In this document: one piece after another, positions 22,669-53,900 of the stretch
Numbering within the stretch: position 1 is the first letter of the stretch
Layout of the letters: each line of letters starts with the position of its first letter
Program-made: the position numbers and the translations under genes
The notes under the pieces: generated by a model
Told to the model about the DNA's origin: nothing
Seen by the model: only the letters and a program-made list of their open reading frames with translations
Database searches by the model: none
NCBI RefSeq assembly: GCF_028641065.1
Contig: NC_073396.1
Coordinates: 20,584,001-20,648,000, forward strand
DNA length: 64,000 bases
Direction: 5' to 3'
Origin: Leucoraja erinacea
Lineage: Eukaryota

Positions 22669-23952
22669 TTACTCTGGCACTTTCTGTTCTTTAAACTTTG
22701 TCCCTCTCGCCTTAACACAGTGCCTTCCATTCATTGCCATTACAAAGAACAGTGCCTTTCTCATCCTCCTAGTGTTTTTGTGCCAGTGATGAATTTTGGA
22801 AATACTGTCATGTGACAACCACAGTAATCTGCTGGGAACAGCGGAGATATATAACCGAATCCTCAGGTGGCAGCAGTGTTGGTTGGGACCTTTGGGGAAG
22901 TCACCCCTACTCTTTACAATATCGTGACTGTGTGAATTTAGAGTAAATGCCAGGAATTAAACATCATGGTCTTTAAAAAACAAAATCAGAATTTTCAATG
23001 CAATAAAAACACATTCCTGATCTTGGCATCTGGATATCTTTATTTATTATAAACATGAAAGCAAACCTAACTTGTCCTTCTCAGACTTTAAGTTGGGTGT
23101 CGTTATTGTGTCGGGTCAAGGGAGGAGATCCTGCAGCCCATTGGCCCACAGCGGGTAGAGCCAGTGCTTCACAGCGCCAGAGACCCGGGTTCAATTCTGA
23201 CCTCGGGTGTTGTCTGTGAAGTTTGCATGTTCTTCCTGTGACTATGGGTTTCTTCCAGCTGCATCTGAGGCGCGGCTCCGGCGGAGCTGCCACGTTACCG
23301 GGGGCGGTTCGGAGAGGAGGGGGGCAGTGGGAAGGGAGGGGTTAAAGAGGTGGGCGGGGGCAGAGTAGAGAGAGAGAGAGAAAGGGGGGGAACGGGGATA
23401 GGGGAGGGAATTGATGGGAGTGTTAAGGGGGTAGGAAAGGAGAGGGGCAGAGAAATAGGGGAGTGGAAAGGGGTCATGAGAAGTGGGAGGGAGCAGAGGG
23501 TGGGAAGAGGGAATGGGAAGGGAGGGATTGGACGTGGGAGGGGGAATCAGGGAGAGGAGAGTGGGGGGGTATCCGGGTGGGGATGTGTCACGGGGCGGGG
23601 GCGGGCCGGGCCGCAGACACGTTGCAACGAGCAGCTCCCTGCCGCCTATCAGCAGCCGCAGGAAGGGGAAGTCGCATGTAATGAGGTGGGGGGGGGTGGA
23701 GCTGGGAGTCCGCGGGCGCCGGACGGCTGGGGTCGGGTCGGGTCGAGAGAGGGAGGTGCGGGACCCCCGGGGGAGGGGGAGAGTTCCCCGGAATCCCCAG
23801 GCTCGTGCACAAAGAGGAGGAGATCCCTGCGCGCGTGCCCGAGAGGAGGGGGTTTCCCCCAGACGCGCGCGCTGGTTAAGAAGAAGGGGGTAACCCCGGG
23901 ATTCCACGGGTCGGGGGGGGGGGGGGGGTTGTTACCCCGGGATTCCCCCGGG

Positions 23953-41513
<17,561 letters not shown>

Positions 41514-41679
41514 CGGGGGAGGGGGGGCACGGATTCCCAGCCTGTAGCATGGATCCAACCCGACCTGAAACGTCGACCGTCCCTCTGCCTCCACAGACGC
41601 TGCACAAATGGCCGCTGTGTTCCTGAGGATGAGGCAGTTTGTCTCATTCTCCAGGTTCCAGCACCTGCAGCCTCCGTGT

Positions 41680-42060
41680 ATACCTGCAACTGTGTGTGTG
41701 CAGATGTGCACTATATGTCTGCAATTGTATGCATGCAGATGTGCACAACTTGTCTGCAAATGTGTGTGTGTGTGTGTGTAGGTGTGCACACTAGGCAATT
41801 GTGAGGATGGGTGTGCACACACTATGTCTGCAATTGTGTGTGTGCAGATGTGGCCAATATGTGCAATTGTGAATGTGAACATGTACAAATGCCTGTGCAA
41901 TTGTGCGTGCATGTGTGCACAACATCTGTGATTGTGATGATGTGCATATGAACATGTCAGTGCAATTGTGAGCATGCACACTTGTACGTTCACAATTGCA
42001 CGGACATTGTGTGCATATTTGGTGCAAGTGTGCTTGTGTACCTCTGTGCATTGTGCACAG
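41680..42060. repeat. Degenerate TG/CA-rich satellite (tgtgcac, caattgtg)
   Basis: Alternating purine-pyrimidine motifs downstream of the METTL9 stop codon. Confidence 0.8.
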
Positions 42061-42527
42061 TGAGTGTTTCTCTCTTCCCCCCCCGCCGCCACAGGTGGGA
42101 GGTGGGACTGGGTGGACCAGCCCAGCGGCCACTGTCAGCCCGGGAGGAGCTGGAGACTGCAGGGGATGAGAGTGGAGACGGGGTGGGATGGATTCTCTCC
42201 TCCACCGCGTGCCTCCGTACAGTCGTTACTCTCACCTGGCCGCTGGCTGGCGGCGGTTTCCGCCCTGTTCCAGCTGCTGCTCGGCCACCAGAATCAGCTG
42301 TGTGATCCCACCGGCCTTATGTTGGTGATGAACGGTGAACGTCACCATTTAAACCATCTCAATACAGACTGCACAATTACACCAATGGGAGCAAAATTGA
42401 TATTTTACATTCCAAACATGAAGTGTTTTAATTTTGTAGATTGCATTTTAACTTGGAAAAGGCGTTAACTGATGCCTAGGGTGTGTTTTCTTAATCAGTG
42501 TTACAGGGCCTACAATGACTGAAATTA

Positions 42528-42537
42528 AATAAATAAA
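42528..42537 (+). other. Candidate METTL9 polyadenylation signal
   Basis: Overlapping AATAAA hexamers (aaataaataaa) followed by U-rich sequence; the first clear signal downstream of the stop codon. Confidence 0.5.
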
Positions 42538-43756
42538 CTTTCCTTACATTTGATTGCTGTGCATATTGACTTTCTTACGATAATCTGTTAATTTTAACAC
42601 TACGATCTTTATTTTCAGATCTCTCAACCCTCTTCTCTCTGTATAAATACCTAAAGCATAGAACAGTATAGCACAAGAACAGGCCCTTCGGCCCACAATG
42701 TCCATGCCAAGCCTGATGCCATCTCTGATCTACCAGCACGTGATCCATATCCCTCCTTTCCCTGCGCCTATGTAAAAGCCTCTTTAAAGCCACTATCATA
42801 TCTGCCTCAACCACGGCACAGTGGTGCAGCAGGTAGTGCTGCTGCCTCACAGTGTCAGAGATCCGAGTTACATCCTGACTATGTGGAGTTTGTACGTCCT
42901 TTCTGTGACCGCATTAGTTTTTTCCGGGTCCACAATTTTACATCAGATTAGTTTAGTTTATAGTCATGTGTACCGAAGTATAATGAAAAGCTTTTTTGTT
43001 GCATGCTAACCTGTCAGTGAAAAGACTATACATGATTACAATCGAGCCGTCGATTGTACAGAGGACAAAGTGAATAATGTTTTGGGCAAGAGAAAGTCCA
43101 ATGATGTCTGATTAAAGATACTGAGGGTCTCCAATTAGGTAGATGGTAGCTTAGGACGGGTCTCTAGTTGTTGATAGGATGGTTCAGTTGCCTGATAACA
43201 GCTGGGAAGAAACTGTCCCTGAATCGGTGCTTTTGTGTTAAACTTGTGGTCCCAAGCCAACGGCGCTATACAAATGCAAATCTCTTCCAAAGGCAGGGTC
43301 AACTTGATACCTGCTGACGTCAGCAAAGAAGAGATGGAGACAGAAAGTTCCTTGTTCGCTGTCTGGGGTCGTGAGCTAGGACCGGCAGGTAGGAGGTACC
43401 TGATGTCTCACCTGAGTCCTTGTGTTGCTCCTCACCCCCTCCCCCTGGCCCATGTTAAGTAGTGGGAGCATCTCACTTACACCTGAGAGCAGGCTACAAC
43501 TCTCGGCACTGTTCACACGACTAACCTGCCGCTTTCAGGGTAAAGGAAGGAGCTGCAGAAAGCTGCCAGGGATTCCTGGATTTTACCCGGGGAAAAGTGA
43601 ACCGATCGCTCGCCCTCACGGAGAGCCCACTCCTCACATTAGCAAGACGTAAGTGCTCCCTCTTTCTAACGGCTCCCTCTCCTCCTCAGTCTTCGCAACC
43701 TGAGAACATCATAGACACGGGGAAATTGTTGGGTAGTTGGCTTCCGGGCAGGGAAG

Positions 43757-44042
43757 TTTAGTTTAGTCTAGTCATACAGCCTGTAAATAGGACCTTCGAT
43801 CCACTGAGTCCACACTGCCCAGCGATCACTATCTCTATCCTATACACTAGGGACAATTTACAGAAGCCAATTAACCTATAAACCTGTACGTTCATTCCTG
43901 GGATGTTAGGGGAAATCGGAGCACCTGGAGAAAACACACGCGGTCACAGGGAGAATGTACAAATTCCGTACAGACAGCACCTGTGGTCAGGATCAAACCC
44001 GGGTCTCTGGCGCTGTGAGGCAGCAACTCACTGTGCCACCCC
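43757..44042 (-). mobile_element. HE1/V-SINE
   Basis: Reverse-complement copy; others at ~46567, 50280, 60950 and 63620. Confidence 0.8.
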
Positions 44043-44899
44043 ATTGTGGCAAGTTGTGAACTGGCATGCAAATATTTTATAGTGCGCAGGAGTTTTGCAT
44101 TTTAAAACCTTGTTTTCCGCTTGTGCAGCTTACATCCCTATAATATGAAGGTTGAATTCTCCAATTTCAAGTCATACCCCACTGCTCTCATTCCCCTCAT
44201 TCCTCACCTCCCCAGCACACATTCTTCCCAGAAAAAAACAAACAAAGAGCGGAATATCGTGTTACAGTTTACAGGGAAAGTGCAGATTAAAAAAGGCAAA
44301 GGTCGCATTGGGATAGATTGGAAGATTGGGATTTCATTCTTAGCGTATCAGCGGTTTGATAACTGCTGTCCCTGAATCAGGTAGTACGTGCTTTCAAGCT
44401 TTTATGCCTTCTGCCCTACGGGAGAGGGGAGAAGAGGGAATGAGGGTGTGAGGGGTTCTTGATTATGGTGGCTGTGTTTCCCGAGTCAACATGAAGTGTA
44501 GATGGAGTTGATATGGGGGTGAACAAGGAACTGATTATACAGGATAACAATCATGGAACATGAACAAAGACTATACATGATTACAATTGAGCCATCCACA
44601 GTGTACAGATACAGGATAAAGGGAATAATGTTTAGTGCAAGATAGATAGATCAGCCATGATTGAATGGCGGAGTAGACTTGATGGGCCGAGTGGTCTACT
44701 ACTGCTCCTTTGACTTATGAACTCATGAACCTTGTGTCCTTTTGCGTTTTAACCAGCATCTGCAGTTTCTAGTTTTTATACCTTCAGATTTTGTGGATTA
44801 TTTTCACAGTGAACTGGCAATTAGCCGAGACGTCTTCGGTTTCTGACGACTGGTTGCTGTGTCCACACTGACAGCAGCTTCGGTCACCTCTGGGGACAA

Positions 44900-44981
44900 A
44901 TGCAGCCACATCTGTGCAGCTGCTGGTGGATCTGGTGTGTCTGCTGGAGCAGTGTTGCCGTGGGTGACGATCCAGGAGAAA
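44900..44981 (+). CDS. OTOA: OTOA coding exon 1 (signal peptide)
   Basis: MQPHLCSCWWIWCVCWSSVAVGDDPGE; phase-1 donor A|gtgaga fits the next exon. Confidence 0.65.
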
Positions 44982-47900
44982 GTGAGAAAGGTTTTGTTCC
45001 CAAAATGCTCTTCAGACAGGCCCTTCGGCCCACAGTGTCTGTGCTGAATATGATGCCAATTTAAACTAATATTTGCCTGCACGTGATCCATATCCCTCCA
45101 TTCCCTGCATATTCATGTGCCTATATAAAAGCCTCTTAAATACACCACTATCATATCTGCCTCCACCACCTCCCCTGGCAGTGTGTTTTATCACTCTGTG
45201 TATAAAAAAGCATCTCCTTTAAACTTTGCTCCTCTGACCTTAAAGCTATGCTTTCGTGTTTTTGACATTTCCACCCCGGGGATAGCAGTTCTGATTGTCT
45301 ACCATATCTATTGCTTTCATAATTTTATAAACTTTTATCAGCCTCCGATGCTCCATAGAAAACAATCCGTCAAACCTCTCCGTACAGCTAATACTCTTTA
45401 ATCCAGGCGGCATTCTGATAAATGCCTTTTGCACCATCTCCAATGCCTCTACATCCTTCCTTTAATGGGGCGACCAGAGCTGCACACAATAGTCCAAATG
45501 TGGCCAAACCAACAAGCTGCAACATGATTTTGTGAACCTCTACTCTTTACCCAACTGATGAAAGGTCCCCACCCGAAATGTCACCTATCCATGTTCCCCA
45601 GAGTTGCTGCCTGACATGCTGAGTTACTCCAGCATTTTGTGTTTTTTTCAATGAAGGCAAGCATACCATACACATTCTTTACTGCTCTGTCTACCAGTGT
45701 TGCCATTTTCAGGGAGCTATGGACATGGACCCAAGATTACTCTGTAAAACAACACTGTTAAGGGACCTACCATTAATTGTATGGTTTTCCATTTCATTCG
45801 CACGTTCACATGTTATAGGAGTAGAATTAGGCCATTCAGCCCATCGAGGCTGCTCCGCCATTCAATCATGGCTGATCTCTGCCACCTAATCCAATTTTCC
45901 TGCCTTCTCCCTACAACCTTTGACACCCGATCTAATCAAGAACTTGTCGATCTCTGCCTTAAAAATATCCATTGACTTGCCCTCCACAGCCCTCTGTAAC
46001 AATGAGTTCCACAGATTAACTACCCTCTGATTAAAGAAGTTCCTCCTCACCTTTTTAAAAGACTGCCCTTTAATTCAGAGGCCTCTGGTCCTACACTCTC
46101 CCACCAGTGGAAACATCCTTTCCACATCCGCTCTATCTATGCCTTTCATTATTCTGTAAGTTTCAATGAGGTCCCCCCTCAACCTTGCAAACTCCAGTGA
46201 GTAGAGGCCCAGTGCTGTCAGACGCTCTCAAGGTGCAACACCGCACATCTCTTGTATTAAAATCCCTGCCATTTCTCTGCCCCTTGCTGTAACTAAGCAG
46301 AACATTAATAAATGAAGATATTGCAACACTATGCAACAAAATCATAACATTAAAACACTGAGGAACTGTTTGCTGCTTGTGGGTCTGTTTTAACTCACCG
46401 TTCCTCTTACAGAACTACCGGCAGAAGTGCAGCAGATTCTGGTTAGTGATGGAATTTTATTTTGATCTCATCTTCCACTCTGCTTTTGTGACCATCAGCA
46501 TTTAAAACCTGTCTCTTACAATTTAGGATCAACTCTTGGATGGGAAATACATTGAAGGTGAGATGTTTGTTTAGTTTGGAGATAGAGCGTGGAAACAGGC
46601 CCTTAAATCCACCAAATCCGCACCGACCATCGATCGTTCGTTCATATTAGTTCTATGCTATCTCATTTTCACATCCACTCCCTACATACTAGGGGCTATT
46701 TACAGAGGGCCAATTACCCTACAAACCCGAACGTCTTTGGGACGGTAGGAAACCTTAGCACCCGGAGGAAATCACATGGAGAACGTGCAAACTCCACACA
46801 GACAGCATCCGAGGTCAGGAATGAACCTGGGAAGCTGGTGCTGTGAGGCAGTGGCTCTACCAGTGCCGCCCATATAAACCTGAAAACCATGCAGTTTGAC
46901 TTTGTTAAACTCCTTAAAGCAACTTTCTCTTTATTCCTCAGGAACTGTTCACGCCATCGAATACCTCAGGTACGATATTCATCAAAAGCCAACCTACATT
47001 ACTTTAGAGCCTTTCTCTGCCCCGGGATATCCTTAGAACCCTCTTCAGGCAATGACGCAGCCGCTATCATCCCGAGGGGAAAGAAGGCGGCCAATTTTTG
47101 CATAGGGAGATTGAAGCTGTTTTTGACTACTGACTGAGGGGTGATGGCAAGCGGAGTGGCTTCTACCCACTATGATGAAACCCTGTTCTTAGTGCAGTTT
47201 ACAGCGTGGAAAAAAACCCAGCGGCCCAACTTGCCCACATTGACCAAGTGTCCCAGCGGGATGGAGTGGGATGCATCTGCTGGCTGTACGGGGTATTGCT
47301 ACCTGCCTTCTCTTCCCCTCAAGGGTGGTGCTTTCAAACACAGAAGTTTGAAAACTCGCACCACCAGACTCAGGGACAGCTTCTTCCCCTCTGTTATCAG
47401 GCTTCTGAACGGTCCTTCCCTAAGCTAGGGTACTGTCCGATTCACTCCTACTCCATTGTGAACATTGGACTTTGGTCTCTGGAACTGATGCGTTACAATG
47501 CTGAGAACTATATTCTGCACTCTGTATCTTCCCCTTTACTCTACCGATTGTACTTGAGTTTGACCTGATTGATAGCATTAACTGATAAACTGAAACTTTT
47601 GGGAGAATGGAAATTGAATTGAGGTCACCATTTCCAAACTGTGGCCTTCCTGAATCACACATGTGTTCTCTGGGTTCTAGGAAACACCCTATTGAAGACC
47701 ATCAGGCGGCCATGCTGAGATACCTTCATTCCAGGGGCTCGAGCCTGCACAGCCTCCAGGTTTGGGACAACTGGACTCTTGCTGCGTGTGGGTGCCTTGG
47801 ATCGGCCATGACGGATTACGGGGGGAGGAGGGCTGCAAGGAAATGTTTCCATTGTCTCGGGTGGAGATTGGGATTGGGGTTGGTCAGGAAGGACTGGGAG

Positions 47901-50900
47901 TGAATCCCGGATACCCTACTGGGAATTCCTTTCATGGTACCATTTGCTGTGATGTAGCCAAATGGACCCAATAGGGAGGGGCATTCTGTAGAGGTTGATG
48001 GAAAGCCTTTGGTTTGAGGCTGTGGCCAAAGCCCAGGGCAAGGACAGTGGGGAAGGCGGGATAGAGGCGCCACCTGGGCTACAGGATGGAGTCCGTACCA
48101 TGGAGGGGGTGGCTTGTGTGGGCGGGGGACGATCTCCTGAAGGAGAATGTTGGAAGTGACCACACTTGGGCAGTGTGTTCTGATGAAGGTGAGATGGGTG
48201 GGGACTGAAGTGTAGGGGTGGAGGCTTGGGAGGTATGGGAGATGCTTAACTCTGGGGGTGGGGCCTCCTCGAGTGGGCGGAACTGGTCAGTATGGAGGCG
48301 CGGTCAGTTTGTGGGTGGAGTCTGGCTTTGTGAAAGGCGTGCCCTATATGTGGGGGCGGGGTCACGCAAGATGGGGTGTGGCCTCGACCTAGGGGCGGGG
48401 TCAGGTGCAATGGGGGCGTGGTCTATCCCTGTGGGCTTCGCCGCGTTTCCCGGGTAACGGGGCCGAGCAGCGGGACCGGGACGATGACCATGTTCCCCAC
48501 TCCGTCCTACTCCCACACAGGCGTCCTACACCGACTACTTCGCGGGCATCGGGCGCCGACCCCGGCAACTGGCCGCCCACCTGCGGCACCTGGACACCCG
48601 CTCCTTCCTGCTCGGCGTCAACCTGCTGTACGGCGGCGGCAGCGGCGGCCAGGTCGGTGCGGGGCCGAGAGCATGGGGATGGGAGGAGCGACGGTGGATG
48701 GGGAAAGAGAGTGGGGGAGGGTATAGGGAGGATATAGGGAGAACAGGCATGGATGGAGGGGGTGGGGAAGGTTGAAGGAGTGGAGGGATATGGGGTGAAG
48801 GTGGAGGAGCTTGAATAGGGATGAGGGAGTTCACACGTTATAGGAGTAGAATTAGACCATTCGGCCCATCGAGTCCACTCCACCATTCAATCATGACTGA
48901 TCTCTACCTCCTATTCACATTTTCCTGCCTTCTCCCCATAACCCTTGACACCCGTTCTAATCAAGAATTTGTCTATCTCTGCCTTTAAAATATCCACTGA
49001 CTTGGCCCCCCACAGCCCTCCGCGGCAATGTGTTTCACAGATTAACTACCCTCTGACTAAAGAAATTGCTGCTCACCTCCTTTCTAAAAGAGCTCGCTTT
49101 AATTCTAAGGCTATGACCTCTGGTCCTAGACTCTCCCACCAGTGGAAACATCCTTTCCACATCCACTTTATGGGAGGATGAAGGGTAGGAAGGTGGGGAA
49201 GGAGGGAGGGAGATTGGGAAAAGTTTGGGGAAGAGGAAAGGTGGGGAGGGGAAGGATGGGGAAAGTGACCTTGGGGAGGTTAATTTGGCGAGGGTGAGGA
49301 GAATGGAGGAGTGGAGAGTATGGAGGGAGATGGATGGGGTCTGGGACTGCCAAGGACTGGGATAATATTGTTGGTAAATAGTGTTTAAAGGGCCGATTGC
49401 CTTTTGCTGTCCCTGTGGGAGGGAGAGGGTCTCACAGTGTGACTGCTCTCCCTCCCCATTCCTGGTGTCGCAGGGCTGCTGCTGCTCTCACACAATGACT
49501 CTGTTCCCCTGCCTCTCTGCGATCTATTCCCACTTTATCTCTCTGCTTTTCTCTCTTTTGCTTTCCATCTCTTTTTCTCTTAATTTTATCATCTTTCTCT
49601 CCATTTCTTTACTCCCTTCCTACATCTACATCTCTCTTTCCAATTTCTCTTTCTCTATTTCTCATTCTACTTTTCTCTCTTTCTGTTTCTCTTTAAAATG
49701 TTTTCCTTTTCTCTTTCCCTCTCTCCCTCTCCCTCTCCCTCTCTCCCTCGCCCTCTTGCCCTCTCCCCCACTCGCCCTCTCCCTCTTTCCCTTCCGCCCT
49801 TTGCCTTTCACTCTTTCCTCCCCGCCCTTTCCCTTTTACCCTCCCTTTCCTAATTCCCTCCCTCCTTGTCCTGTTTGCACAGCTGCCATTCACCACTGTG
49901 CGGTTCAGGGATGTCCGGGATTTGATCCTGCGGACTCCGGGCGGGCACCGCAGCCTGTTCGTCACGGCCTGGGAGAAATGCTTGCCCCGGGTTGCCACGT
50001 CCCCGTGCCTGGAACTCCTCACCAAGGCCCTGAGACTGTCATCAGCCGCCTACCTGCGGCCAGAGATGATTGCCCACCTGCCTCTGGACCTTCCTGAGGA
50101 GATCTTCAGGAACATGTGAGTCTGCCCACAGAAAACTATCCACGTTTCTCCAAGTTGAGAAGAAGAAGGGTTCTGACTCGAAACATCACCCATCCTTTTC
50201 CTCCAGAGATGCTGCCTGACCCGCTGAGTTACTCCAGCACTGTGTGTGTCTTTCTCTGCTGGTTAATACCTTGTAATCATGGCTCTTCAGCCACTGAGTC
50301 CAAGCTGACCATCGATCACCCTTTCACACTAGTTCAATGTTGTCCCATTTAATCATCCACTCCATACACACTAGGGGCATTTTACAGAGGCCAATTTACC
50401 AACAAACCTGCATGTTTTTAGGATGTGGGAGGAAACTGGAGCATCCGGAGGAAACTTACATGGTCACAAGGAGAACGTGCAAACTCCACAGAGACAACAC
50501 CCGAGGTCAAAATCACCCTCAGTTCTCTGGTGCTGTGAGGCAGCGTCTCTACCCGCTGCATCCCTAGGCTTTGCATTAATGTCTTATTCTTTTCAATGTC
50601 TTGAAGGATTTGTGTGTAATTTATGTTTTTGTGTGTTATCAGTCTGTGCCTGTGATGCTGCTGCATGCTAGATTTTCATTGTACCTGTACCTCACTGTAC
50701 TTGTACACATGACAATAAACTGGCCTTGTCTTTTTCTTCTGAAAGTCTTTCTCTTGACCGGGTAGCAGGCAAACAAAAGCTGTTTACTGTATCTTGATAT
50801 ACATGACAATAATAAAGTAAACCAAGGGTCTCGACCCAAAACGTCACCTATTTCTTTTCTCCAGAGATGCTGCCTGACCCGCTGAATTACTCCAGCACTG

Positions 50901-53900
50901 TGTGTCTGTCCAAACTAAACTTGACTCCCTTGACTTGATGATCTCTCGACTCTTTCAGCACGGCGGTGTTTAAGGAACTGTACGATGATATGACTGCTCG
51001 CAGCCAAAGGGCCATCTATGAGTGGATCCGACAGATCCTTCAGAGACCCAACAGGCAGCCCGGTAAGTGGAGCCAAGATGTCCACTCCCCACTCCTGCCA
51101 TGCCCACTCCCTCAGACCACCATCATTAGGTGGAGGTCCGGCAACACCTTCATCACTGTCCAGTTTTCCCCAAAGCAGGAGCGCCGTGGATTGTGGCGGA
51201 GAACCTGTGGTTTCTGGGGAGATTCGTGGTCCACCTCCCTCCTGAGGAGATCCAGAAGATCAGCCTCAATGAGGTGAGTCAAGGGAGTCTGCTGCGCACG
51301 CTATCCCCCTTCCAATGTGGTTGGTCCAGATAGAGAGGATGTATCCACTGGTGGGAGGCTCCAGGATCAGAGTGCACAACCTCAGAATAAAAGGACATAC
51401 TCTTTAGAATGGAGATGAGAAACAACTAGAGCACGGACTGGACTTTGAAAATGCACACAGGATCAGTAGACTATTTCTATACAATTTACTAATTGGGAAT
51501 GTGCTTCAGCATGAGAATACTCTACTGGACTGTTTGTAGAAAATAATTTTACTGTGTGTTTGTACTGTGCACATGTGATAGTAAAAGCATCATTGAACCA
51601 TTGAATTTCTTTAGTCAGACTGTGAGATTCATTGCCACATACGTGAGGTAATTGGGTATTTTTAAAGTGGAGATTGATAGGTTCTTTATCAGCAAGGGTG
51701 TCAAAGGTTAAGGGGAGAAGGCAGGAGAATGGGGTGAGGAAAGATAGATCAGCATGTTTGAATGGTGGAGCAGACTCAATGAGCAGAATGGCGTAATTCT
51801 GTCCCAATCTCTTATGACCTGATCTTCCTCCACCCTAATGGGAGCCATGAAGGCCCAATGTATCCCGCAGGGTAGCCAATGTGTGAGTGGAAGAAATTCC
51901 AAATGGTTGAGCCATTGGCTGGGACCTTCTCTTGGATGACACGGTGCTGGGATTGGAGGTGACTCTGGAGATGGGGATACATTTGGTAGTTGTGCCCAGG
52001 CCATTGTAACGGTCCAATCCCCACTCCCTTCCCCCTCCCCCTGTTAAGCTTACATGTCGTTTCCAAACCCAGATTCGACACTTCATCAATTACGACAACG
52101 CCACCAAGCAGCTGGACTCAGTGTACGACATCACCCCGACCACTGCCAGAGCCTTCCAGGAGAGAATCAATGCCAGCGGCTTTGATATGGCCAACACCTC
52201 GACCGTCTACAGGTGAACTGCAGCTCACCGCCGGGACCTGGCCCTCTCCACACCCACCCACCTCTCCTGCACTCGGCGGCGCCGCTGGCAACTCACTGGC
52301 ATTTAAACAGTCCGGCACCTTGAATACATATATCAATTGATTGAAAGACACGAAATGGACACAGGCAGCACAGAGACACAGTGGTAGAGTTGCCACCTTA
52401 CTGCACCAGAGACCCGGGTCCAATCCTGACTACACGTGCTCTCTGTATGAATTTTGCACATTCTTCCTGTGACCGCATGGGTTTTCTCTGGGTGTTCCAG
52501 TTTCCTCCCACATTCCAAAGACGTACAGGTTTGTAAGTTAATTGGCTTGTGTAAATTGTCCCTAGTGTGTAGGGTAGTGCTAGTGATCGCTGTTCAGTGC
52601 GGACTTGGCAGGGCCAAAGTGACAGCTACCACGCTGTATCTCTAAAGTCTAAAGGCCCTTCAGCCCACTGAGTCCATGCTGACCATCAATCACCCGTCTA
52701 TATAAATGCAAGCAGTTTTGCATCTCTCAGGAGATATAACTGAGATGTTATTATGTGTAACACGGAGAGAGTCACGGGTTCAATAGGAACCCTCCCTGTG
52801 TGAGCGGCAAGGGCTAGAGTGAGATTATGATTGCTTCTTTCAAAGGTTCGGTACAGGCACAATTGACCGAATTGCCCATTTCCTAATGACTTTAAACGGC
52901 AGAGATTTAGAACATAGAACAACACAGTACAAGTCTCCTCTGCCTGCATGTGATTCTTCTCCCTCCTTGAATATCTATGTGTTCACCCAAAAGCCTCTTG
53001 AAAACCACTATCGTATCTGCTTCCATCAGTCTGAAGAAGGGTCCCAACCCAAAATGTTGCACGTCCGTTCCTTCCACAGATGCGGCCTGACCAGCTGAGT
53101 TCCTGCAGCATTTTGTATTTTCCTTGGTCATATGATATCACACACTCTGGAGGATGGTAGAAGCTGGCTCCGTGTTGTTCCCTCAATCTCGCCATCTGTT
53201 TCCCCTCCCCCTTGCAGACTCGGTCTCCTGGTCTGTTTCTTCGACAATGTGCAAGAGTTGGACACAGGGGAAGCTCGCAGTCTCCTCCACCAGATGATCA
53301 AGTGCAGCCGTCTCAAGGGTTTCCAGGCCGACGTGAAGAAGGTAGTTACGGAATCCAGACTCTCTCCCCACCTTCAGACACTCTGAGCCTGTAACTGGAG
53401 GACACATTAACTCAGAGAATGTTACAAAATATCAACAAGTCAGGCAGCTTTCATGGAAAAAGAAACAGAGTTAATGTTTCAGGTTCTGACCAAAGATTAT
53501 AGAGCTCCTTTATAATCTTTGGTTCTGACTAAGGATTTTCAAAATTTCAAAATAGACGGCACAGTGGCGAAGCTGGTAGAGCCACTGCCTCATTGCCCCT
53601 TTATGTGTGGAGTTTGCACGTCCCCCCTGTGACAATGTGGGTTTTCTCCGGGTGCTCCAGTTTCCTCCCACATCCCAAAGATGTGCAGGTTTGTAGGTTG
53701 ATTGTCCTCTGTAAATCACCCCTAGTGTGTAGGGAACGGATGAGAAAGTGGGATAACATAGAACTAATGTGAACGGTTGATGGATGGTTGGTATGGACTT
53801 GGTGGTCCATCTTTAAAAAACAAAATGAAGATCAGGTTCCAGTGAAGCGTTGACCGGTCCCCTCTCCACAGACCCTGCCCAGCCTGGCTTGGGCTTGCAG

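Noticed and set aside
23681-23691. ATGAG|gtgggg as an upstream METTL9 start exon (MR...)
   Set aside because: No acceptor of the right phase with a pyrimidine tract was found before the leader-coding segment.
49381-49880. Hydrophobic Leu/Ser/Phe ORFs (also 58286-58660)
   Set aside because: They are CT-rich low-complexity intronic tracts.
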